Assembly: GCF_000223395.1 (NCBI RefSeq) | Contig: NC_015931.1 | Location: forward strand, 570,001 to 602,000 | Direction of reading: 5' to 3' | Origin: Pyrolobus fumarii 1A | Lineage (GTDB): Archaea; Thermoproteota; Thermoprotei_A; Sulfolobales; Pyrodictiaceae | DNA length: 32,000 nucleotides | Made by a program: the position numbers and the translations under genes | Part shown: positions 25,349 to 32,000 of the stretch, piece after piece | How positions within the stretch are numbered: the stretch's first letter is position 1 | How the letters are laid out: the number at the start of each line of letters is the position of its first letter | Notes under the pieces: generated by a model | Told to the model about the DNA's origin: nothing | Seen by the model: only the letters and a program-made list of their open reading frames with translations | The model's database searches: none

Positions 25349-26203
25349 TCATGTGTTGGTAGGCTTGCTAGTTGTTGTGTTGTTTACGAGTTTGCACTCT
25401 TCTTCGAGGTTTGTCCTGTCCTCCTCTATTAGCCTCCAGAGGTTATCCCGGGCTAGCCTCTTGGCTAGGCGGAGTGTGGGGTGGAGCCACCCGAGCCTCT
25501 CGATGATCTCGTTGTCTTCGAGTAGCTCTCTGGGTGTGGTGCAGTGGGTGACGCCGTTGCGTAGTATGCACGTCTTGTTGGAGAGCCAGGCTGCTGCCTC
25601 CACGTTGTGCGTCGCTAGTATCACGGTTTTGCCTTTCTTGGCGTAGAGCCGGACTATGCATGCTACGCGGCGTGCGGCGTCTGGGTCGAGGAAGGTGAGT
25701 GGCTCGTCGAGGAGGAGTATGTCGGGCTCGTAGACGAGTATCGAGGCGAGTGCTACGAGCCTCTTCTGCCCCATGCTGAGCCTGTAGGGTGGCCTCTCGA
25801 GGATAGCCTCTATCCCGAGGAGCCTCGCGACCGCCGCGACCCTCTCGCGTATCGTGTCCTCGTTCTCGCCGAGGGTGCGTAGAGAGTAGGCTATCTCGTC
25901 GTAGACCGTCGGGTTGAAGAGCTGGTCGTCGGGGTTCTGGAAGAGTAGCCCTATCCTCCGCCTCGCCCCCGGCAACTGCGAGTATAGGTCCGTACCGTCG
26001 AGCAGGACCTCGCCCTTCTCTGGCCGGAGGAGCCCCGCCAGGACCAGGAGGAGGGTGGTTTTGCCCGAGCCGGTCGGCCCCAGGAGGCTGACCACCTCGC
26101 CCCGCTCGGCTGCCAGGCTGGCACCCCGCAGCACGGGGTTGCCGTCGACGTAGGATACCCAGACGCGTCTCGCCTCAATAACCCAAGGCATACCCTGCCA
26201 CAC
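25349..26203 (-). CDS. cbiO: ECF/cobalt-type transporter ATPase component
   Basis: GPTGSGKTT (Walker A), LSMGQKRLVALASIL (signature), ILLLDEP (Walker B). The start overlaps the cbiQ stop by 29 nt. Confidence 0.9.
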   Translation of the reverse strand: MWQGMPWVIEARRVWVSYVDGNPVLRGASLAAERGEVVSLLGPTGSGKTTLLLVLAGLLRPEKGEVLLDGTDLYSQLPGARRRIGLLFQNPDDQLFNPTVYDEIAYSLRTLGENEDTIRERVAAVARLLGIEAILERPPYRLSMGQKRLVALASILVYEPDILLLDEPLTFLDPDAARRVACIVRLYAKKGKTVILATHNVEAAAWLSNKTCILRNGVTHCTTPRELLEDNEIIERLGWLHPTLRLAKRLARDNLWRLIEEDRTNLEEECKLVNNTTTSKPTNT

Positions 26204-26954
26204 TCGCCGCGATGACGAGCAGCGAGGCCGCGTATATCAGCCAGGGGTGGCCGCCACCCGTGCGGGCCCCACACCCGCTCCTCTCCCCCCACGCGCCGTT
26301 GCCGCTGGCGAGCGTTCTGGCTTCAATCGCCAGCGCAAGCCTATGAGCCGAGTCCATGGCGCGGATGAGTAGCTCGCCCAGCGCCGTGGCCTGGAGCCTC
26401 CACCACTCGCGGTAGCCGGGAGACCCGAGGTGCCTCGCACGCCTAGCCGCCAGGAGGGCTAGCATCTGCCCCGCGAACCGCGGCACCAGGAAGGATAGGA
26501 GGGCTAGGCTCTCGGTTAGCTGGCGAGGAACACCCAGCCTCCCGAGCCCCTCCACTAGGCTCATCCACCCGACGCTCCACACAAGCAACGCCATGAAGAC
26601 GGCCGGCGCCACGACCCGGAAGACCAGCAGGGAGGCGTCGCCAACCCGGTTTGACAGTAGGAGCGGGGCAGCGGCGACGGCGGACACGGCGAGGGGGTAG
26701 ACGAGCGCATGGAGGAGCCTCTTGTCCGGCTTTCCCGCTTTGCACGCGGCGGCCAGGAGGAGTAGGAGCGAGAATGGGAACAAGACTATCGTAACCATGG
26801 AGGATGTGAAGGCGAGCGCGGAGGCGGCTGCAAGACCCAGGATGGTGTGGAAAACGGGGTTGGCGCATGTGCGTCTCCAGGCTGTTAGCCTCGCCGCTGC
26901 GTCCCTAGCCTCCGCGGCGAGCCTCTCTAGCACACCGTCCATGGCGTCACTCAC
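26175..26954 (-). CDS. cbiQ: ECF transporter transmembrane (T) component
   Basis: 259 aa, polytopic, with the Ala-Arg-Gly-type loop LLAARRARHLG. Position between the small subunit and cbiO supports the call. Confidence 0.8.
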   Translation of the reverse strand: MSDAMDGVLERLAAEARDAAARLTAWRRTCANPVFHTILGLAAASALAFTSSMVTIVLFPFSLLLLLAAACKAGKPDKRLLHALVYPLAVSAVAAAPLLLSNRVGDASLLVFRVVAPAVFMALLVWSVGWMSLVEGLGRLGVPRQLTESLALLSFLVPRFAGQMLALLAARRARHLGSPGYREWWRLQATALGELLIRAMDSAHRLALAIEARTLASGNGAWGERSGCGARTGGGHPWLIYAASLLVIAASVAGYALGY

Positions 26955-27264
26955 CGCTGGCTGTGCGCATCAACAGGGCGCCCACCAGGAGTATCACGGC
27001 TACGCCTATGAGCCCGGCTACTATGTAGCCTATAGTGTCTGGTAGCCCTGGCACCGTGTAGTCGGTGAATGGTGTCCACTCGGGCACCTCAGCCTCCTCA
27101 AGCCCGATCATCTCCGCTGCGACGTCGAGAGGCTCCTTGTACCCCACTAGCTTGGCGCCAATGACGCCGAACAGTGGGCTCACCAGCAGCAACACCATTA
27201 CCACTAGCATCGCCGTCTTGTGCCTCGAGACTAGGCTACGAACACGAGCCAGGAGCCCCGCCAC
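26947..27264 (-). CDS. small membrane subunit in the CbiN position; looks PDGLE-domain-like rather than canonical CbiN
   Basis: 105 aa, TM-ectodomain-TM. GYKEPLDVAAEMIGLEE...TDYTVPGL..IGYIVAGLIGVAVILLVG resembles the PDGLE-domain layout as I recall it. Confidence 0.65.
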   Translation of the reverse strand: MAGLLARVRSLVSRHKTAMLVVMVLLLVSPLFGVIGAKLVGYKEPLDVAAEMIGLEEAEVPEWTPFTDYTVPGLPDTIGYIVAGLIGVAVILLVGALLMRTASGE

Positions 27265-27270
27265 ACCGCC

Positions 27271-27942
27271 TCACCCCCTAGCCGCGACCGCCTCAACCAT
27301 CCTGGCCTTGGATACCACGAGGTGAGGTGCCCTAGAGTACACGTAGTCCACCACGAGCGCGGTTATCACACCCTCGATGACGCCTAAGACCGCATGCCAA
27401 AAGCCCATCACCGGGACTGTCACCGCGACGCCGTAGGGGAACTGGGGCGAGAGCCCAATCTCCAAGCCGCAAGCCACGCCAGCGAGTGTTATCCCAAGCC
27501 ACCCGCCGAGGAAGGCGCCGAGAAGCCTGCCGGTTCTCGAGCCGCCGAGAGCCCCGTACACAAGCCTATACACGTAGTAGCCCACCAGGACGTCGATTAT
27601 GGCCATGTTGAGTATGTTGGCGCCGAGCGCCGTGATGCCACCATCGTGGAACACTAGACACTGTACTATCAACACTAGGCTCATCGCTAGGAATCCGAGC
27701 CAGGGGCCGAGGAGTATCCCTGCAAGCGCGCCGCCGACAAAGTGTAGCGAAGTGCCGCCGGGAATCGGCCAGTTTAGCATCTGGGCCACGAAGATAGCGG
27801 CAGCTAGCACCGTCACGGCCGCTGCGGTGGCAGGGCCCCACACGCTACGCGCCTTGCGCAGAGCGATAACGCCGAACGCCAGCGTCGCTGCATAGGTGGC
27901 GACTACCCATGGAAGCGAGAGGAAACCATCGGGGATGTGCAT
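27271..27942 (-). CDS. cbiM: cobalt/nickel ECF transporter substrate-capture component
   Basis: N-terminal MHIPDGFLS, the hallmark of CbiM/NikM. Polytopic. Confidence 0.9.
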   Translation of the reverse strand: MHIPDGFLSLPWVVATYAATLAFGVIALRKARSVWGPATAAAVTVLAAAIFVAQMLNWPIPGGTSLHFVGGALAGILLGPWLGFLAMSLVLIVQCLVFHDGGITALGANILNMAIIDVLVGYYVYRLVYGALGGSRTGRLLGAFLGGWLGITLAGVACGLEIGLSPQFPYGVAVTVPVMGFWHAVLGVIEGVITALVVDYVYSRAPHLVVSKARMVEAVAARG

Positions 27943-28332
27943 CCTCTAACCTACCGGCTAGCTTGCACACCCATAAGCCACGTGAATAGGGTACTGGAGG
28001 AACCCGCCACATTCACAAATCAGAAACATAGGCCGAGACCATATCCCCATGCAGACTATCCTCGCGTCACTAGAGCAAGAGGAGAACCACAACACCATCT
28101 GGCAACATCAACGGTAATACAGCGGACGTGCAGAGCCGCATGGAGGAGACACTCCAGCTGTAACGCCTTCCACCTCTAACGCATCGCTCCGCATGGCAGC
28201 ACATCTACTCGGGCCGTGCGATACACTCGCGAGGCGAGACGCGAGTCGCCTTGCCCTGTGCCCGGCGGTGTGGTTAGCTGTTTTGTCTTCGCCGGTTTGT
28301 GTGCAACTCTCGGGGTTCGCGTCGTGCCCGGC

Positions 28333-28647
28333 GTGAGGGTCTGTGCTCGTATATTCATCGAGTGTGGTGGCATACGTGTTGCCGGTAGGGGTCTCGTCGA
28401 GGCTCTCGAGGCTATCGAGAGGGAGGGTAGTATCCGTGGAGCTGCAAGGGCACTGGGGATTAACTATAGGAGGTTGTTGTCCCGTATCCACCGTGCTGAG
28501 CGCGTGCTTGGCGTCAAGCTCATCGATGTCACGGGGAGCGGGTCACGGCTGACCGAGGAGGCTAGGAGGCTTATCCGCGCGTTTCGCGAGCTAGAGGCCC
28601 TCGTTGGCGGCAAGTGTGTTGAGGCTGGCTTCGAGTGTAACGATTGA
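28333..28647 (+). CDS. ModE-N-terminal-like (LysR-type) winged-helix regulator
   Basis: GRGLVEALEAIEREGSIRGAARALGINYRRLLSRIHRAERVLGVKLIDVTGSGSRLTEEARRLI fits the ModE HTH pattern. The ORF is open from 28216. The conserved domain starts near the GTG at 28333, so the start is uncertain. Confidence 0.7.
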   Translation: MRVCARIFIECGGIRVAGRGLVEALEAIEREGSIRGAARALGINYRRLLSRIHRAERVLGVKLIDVTGSGSRLTEEARRLIRAFRELEALVGGKCVEAGFECND

Positions 28648-28792
28648 ATAGGCTCTACTCTCCCTCGGAGGCTACTGGGCCGCTCTCTTTGCATTAGGGG
28701 CGCGCCTCTCTTATACCGTGAGCCTTGTCTAATTCTTGACTGTAATCGTGGAGGAGTAGTATCTGGGGTGCGTGACTGAGGCTGGGTGAGGC

Positions 28793-31700
28793 TTGGCGGG
28801 GGACGGGTGGAGGCTTCACGGTGTCTATTGGTATGCTTGCCCCCACTGCGGGGGCCCCATAGGCGATGATCGCCTCTATCACAGGTTGCCGTGCGCCCGT
28901 TGCCTCCCGGACGATAGGCTCTCGCTGCTAGAGCCTAACCCCGATGGCACCTATGATCCTCGCCGTGTGGCTGAGCTGTTGGAGCCGCGTGAGGATAGCC
29001 CTTACCTTGCGCTCGCGGAGCTCGAGAGGGAGGTTGAGAGGGCTGAGGCTTTCTTCGAGAAGGCGATGGGCTCCCGCTTTTGGAGTGTGCAGAGGACGTG
29101 GCTGAGGCGTGTACTGCGGGGCAAGAGCTTCGCTGCTATAGCGCCGACGGGTATCGGCAAGACCACCTTCGGGACCTTCACGGCCGTGTATCTAGCCGCC
29201 ACGAGGGGCGTGAAGAGCTACATCGTCGTGCCGACAACTCCTCTCGTTGAGCAGGTGGAGGAGAGGGCTAGGAGGTTCGCCGAGGCCATCGACCCGGGCG
29301 TCAGGATAGTCGCCATTCACAGCAGGTTGCCTAGGAAGGAGTTGAAGAGGCGGATGGACGCGTACCGAAACTGCGACTTCGACGTCCTGATAACCACCTC
29401 TAGCTTCATGTTGCGCCACGTTGACGAGATAATATCGGTGCTTGAGGGGAAGTGCGGCCAGCGCTTCTACCTCGTGTTCGTAGACGACGTTGACTCCGTG
29501 CTGAAGAGTAGTAAGAGTGTCGACGCTGTGCTCAAGATAGTCGGGTTTAGCGACGAGGATATCAAGGCTGGCTGGGAGCTTCTCAAGCTGCGCAGGGAGA
29601 TTGCACGGCTCTCAGCGAGGGCACGCTCCAAGGGCGAGATTGACCCTAGGCTCGCGGAGCTCATCGAGAAGGCACGTGAGCTCGAAAAGCGCTTCGAGGG
29701 GAAGAGGCGTTGCGTCTGCGGAAGGTGCAACCATAGAGACTGTGTCTCCGTGCTCGTGGTGTCCTCTGCCACTGGGAGGCCACGGGGCACACGCGTACGC
29801 CTCTTCTCCGTGCTCTTAGGGTTCGAGGCGGGCTCACGCCCCGAACTATACCGCAACATTGTAGACACGTATGTCAAGCCGCGTGACGGGATAGAGGAGG
29901 AGGTTGTTAGGCTCGTCAAGAGGCTCGGAGACGGCGGCCTCGTCTATGTCCCGGTGGATAAGGGCGCCTCCTACGCCGAGAGGCTCGCCCAGCTCCTCTC
30001 GGATGCCGGGGTCAGAGCGGAGCCTTTCACCGCGAGGAACCCGGATGCACTCGAGAGGTTCCGTAGGGGCGAGACGCAGGTCCTGGTGGGCGTCGCGATA
30101 TACTATGGTGTTGCGGTGCGTGGCCTCGACCTCCCCGAGAGGATAAGGTACGCTGTGTTCGCGGGCGTTCCTCGCCACAAGTTCTCCGCGCGCTTCGAGG
30201 ACCCGCACCCAACCAACATCATGAGGGTATTGGGGCTCCTGGCTGAGCACGCGCCGGACGACGTGAGGAGTGAGGCTGAGAAGCTCCTGGCTAGGCTGCG
30301 GAGGATCGTCCGGAGGCTCTCGGCGGCCGCCCTCCAGAAGCTCGCGGAGGAGTTGAGGAGCGGGGAGGTGTCGAGCGACGCTGCTAGGCTCTTCCAGGAG
30401 GCACTGAGGTTCGTCCGCGAGGCTCTCTCGAGGAGTGATGTCTGGGAGGCTCTTGAGAAGGCGCCGGACGTGGCGATAGTGAGAGAGGGCGACAAGAGCT
30501 ACATCATGATACCCGACGTGGCCACCTACATCCAGGCGAGTGGTAGGACCTCGAGGCTCTACGCGGGCGGTATAACCAAGGGCCTCTCAGTGATAGTCGT
30601 GGACGATGATAGGCTGCTGGAGGGTCTTAGGAGGAGGCTACGCTGGTACATCGGCGAGGCTGAGATAAGGCCCCTCGAGGAGGTGGACCTCGACAAGCTG
30701 CTCCGCGAGATAGACGAGGACCGCCGGCGCGTTAGGGATGTGCTCTCGGGGCGCGTGAAGCCAGAGTACCTGGAGCTGGTGAAAACCGCGCTGCTCATAG
30801 TCGAGTCGCCCAACAAGGCCAGGACTATCGCCAGGTTCTTCGGTAGGCCGAGCGTCCGTGAGATAGCGGGTCTCCGCGCGTACGAGGTGTCGACCGGCGA
30901 CTATGTGCTCACGATAGTCGCGTCGGGAGGCCACATCTACGACCTAGCCAAGACCTACTACCCGCTCGACGTGATACCATCCTGGTGGCTACGCGAGTTC
31001 AACTTCGAGGGGCGCGTCGCAAGCATAGACGAGTTCGTCACGGGCTTCGACTGGAGCAGCGCCGAGAACAAGCACGGTGTGTTCGTCGCGAAGAGGGGTA
31101 GCGTCCGGTACCTACCCGTGTACACGCCACTCGTCCGCTGCCCGGACTGCGGCTTCCAGAGCGCCGCGAACCCGTCACTAGCCCCCAACGAGGAGCAGAC
31201 CATACGCGACGTCATCAAGGCGAGGCTCGGCAAGGATGTCGACCCGTTCGACGAGAAGAGCTTGCCACGCTACTGCCCGAGGTGCGGCTCACCCTCCGTG
31301 AGGACCAGCCTACCCGTGATAGAGGCGCTGAGAGAGCTAGCCTCCGAGGTTGACATGGTGATGATCGGCACCGACCCTGACACTGAGGGCGAGAAGATTG
31401 GGTGGGACGTGGCTGCTCTCATAGCACCGTTCGCCAATAAGCTCGTGAGGGTCGAGTTCCACGAGGTGACGAGGAAGGCTATACTGGAGGCTATACGCAA
31501 CCCGAGGCCCTTCAACCCGAGGCTAGTAGAGGCCCAGACGGTGAGGCGCGTAGAGGACCGGTGGATAGGCTTCACACTCTCCCCGATACTCTGGCGCGAC
31601 TTCTGGCTCAACTACTACTGCCCGAGGATGACCGAGAGGCTGAGAAAACGCCTTGAGGCCATCCGCGCCAAGATACGCGCCTTGCGCAGGAGGGGCATGC

Positions 31701-32000
31701 GAGTACCAGACGAGCTGAAGAAGAGAATGGAGCGTATCGAGGCGCTCCTCAGAGCCTGTGAGGGCCCCAACCGTAACCTGAGCGCGGGTAGGGTCCAGAC
31801 GCCAGTGCTAGGCTGGGTGATAGACCGTTGGTCTAGGTTTAGCGGGGAGCAGAAGGCTTGCGCCGCGCGCCGTGGGCTGCCCAGCGAGGAGTGCCCGCGG
31901 CTACAGGTTACGGTGTCGAGTGATGGCGTGCGTGTCGTCTTCGAGGCTCCTGGGTCGCTGGCGCCAAGGCTGAGGCCGGGTACTCTCGTCGAGCTCGTCG
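28793..32000 (+). CDS. rgy: reverse gyrase (3'-truncated by the window end)
   Basis: Hand-translated. TTG start 4 nt after an in-frame TGA (28787-28789). N-terminal zinc finger YACPHCGG...LPCARC. Helicase motifs APTGIGKTT, VFVDDVD, SSATG. Topoisomerase IA part LLIVESPNKARTIARFFG, CPDCG...CPRCG, IGTDPDTEGEKIGWDV. The frame is open to position 32000. Confidence 0.95.
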   Translation, partial: MAGDGWRLHGVYWYACPHCGGPIGDDRLYHRLPCARCLPDDRLSLLEPNPDGTYDPRRVAELLEPREDSPYLALAELEREVERAEAFFEKAMGSRFWSVQRTWLRRVLRGKSFAAIAPTGIGKTTFGTFTAVYLAATRGVKSYIVVPTTPLVEQVEERARRFAEAIDPGVRIVAIHSRLPRKELKRRMDAYRNCDFDVLITTSSFMLRHVDEIISVLEGKCGQRFYLVFVDDVDSVLKSSKSVDAVLKIVGFSDEDIKAGWELLKLRREIARLSARARSKGEIDPRLAELIEKARELEKRFEGKRRCVCGRCNHRDCVSVLVVSSATGRPRGTRVRLFSVLLGFEAGSRPELYRNIVDTYVKPRDGIEEEVVRLVKRLGDGGLVYVPVDKGASYAERLAQLLSDAGVRAEPFTARNPDALERFRRGETQVLVGVAIYYGVAVRGLDLPERIRYAVFAGVPRHKFSARFEDPHPTNIMRVLGLLAEHAPDDVRSEAEKLLARLRRIVRRLSAAALQKLAEELRSGEVSSDAARLFQEALRFVREALSRSDVWEALEKAPDVAIVREGDKSYIMIPDVATYIQASGRTSRLYAGGITKGLSVIVVDDDRLLEGLRRRLRWYIGEAEIRPLEEVDLDKLLREIDEDRRRVRDVLSGRVKPEYLELVKTALLIVESPNKARTIARFFGRPSVREIAGLRAYEVSTGDYVLTIVASGGHIYDLAKTYYPLDVIPSWWLREFNFEGRVASIDEFVTGFDWSSAENKHGVFVAKRGSVRYLPVYTPLVRCPDCGFQSAANPSLAPNEEQTIRDVIKARLGKDVDPFDEKSLPRYCPRCGSPSVRTSLPVIEALRELASEVDMVMIGTDPDTEGEKIGWDVAALIAPFANKLVRVEFHEVTRKAILEAIRNPRPFNPRLVEAQTVRRVEDRWIGFTLSPILWRDFWLNYYCPRMTERLRKRLEAIRAKIRALRRRGMRVPDELKKRMERIEALLRACEGPNRNLSAGRVQTPVLGWVIDRWSRFSGEQKACAARRGLPSEECPRLQVTVSSDGVRVVFEAPGSLAPRLRPGTLVELV

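Noticed and set aside
24980-25432. ORFs inside the gap (24980-25255, 24993-25208, 25016-25432).
   Set aside because: They mutually overlap on both strands, are Pro/Gly/Arg/Ser-rich, and have no recognisable domain. The last one also overlaps the 3' end of cbiO antisense.

Overview
The window looks like chromosomal DNA from a hyperthermophilic crenarchaeon. Evidence for this: a reverse gyrase gene, archaeal NAC, a GPN-loop GTPase, PaREP1-like and UPF0216-like proteins, frequent GTG/TTG starts, and TATA-like boxes about 25-30 nt upstream of starts. I cannot name the species.

From about 9.8 kb to 32 kb the sequence is compact, GC-rich core genome. It carries dUTPase, a PfkB kinase, malate dehydrogenase, an MFS transporter, a GPN GTPase, an MBL hydrolase, NAC, a secreted beta-propeller protein, a membrane-anchored wHTH regulator, CTP synthase, an archaeal ATPase/DUF234-type protein, APS kinase, AspRS, UPF0216, a hexulose-phosphate-synthase-like protein, a cbiM-(PDGLE/CbiN)-cbiQ-cbiO ECF transporter operon, a ModE-like HTH protein, and the 5' three quarters of reverse gyrase.

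The left 8.3 kb is accessory-looking and ends at a tRNA-Val(CAC) gene. It holds the two best candidates for something new:
1. A tightly coupled two-gene operon at 779-2660: an SMC/OLD-style ABC ATPase plus a 180-aa TOPRIM-like protein (split-OLD / PARIS-like logic, but much smaller).
2. A strongly AT-rich islet at about 5.6-7.3 kb. It encodes a 423-aa protein with an unrecognisable helical N-terminal domain fused to an Mrr-like PD-(D/E)xK nuclease core. An A15 tract bounds it on one side, and a PaREP1-like gene and the tRNA lie on the other.

Other unexplained items:
- a 549-nt GC-rich, strongly self-complementary ORF-free gap (24800-25348)
- a 14-nt-period tandem array of TATA-containing repeats (21372-21427)
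- a perfect 13-bp inverted repeat in a divergent promoter (17817-17852)
- an apparently frameshifted Thr-rich membrane protein gene (8987-9674)

I saw no CRISPR array, rRNA gene, integrase or transposase. All domain calls come from motif recognition by eye; no searches were run.
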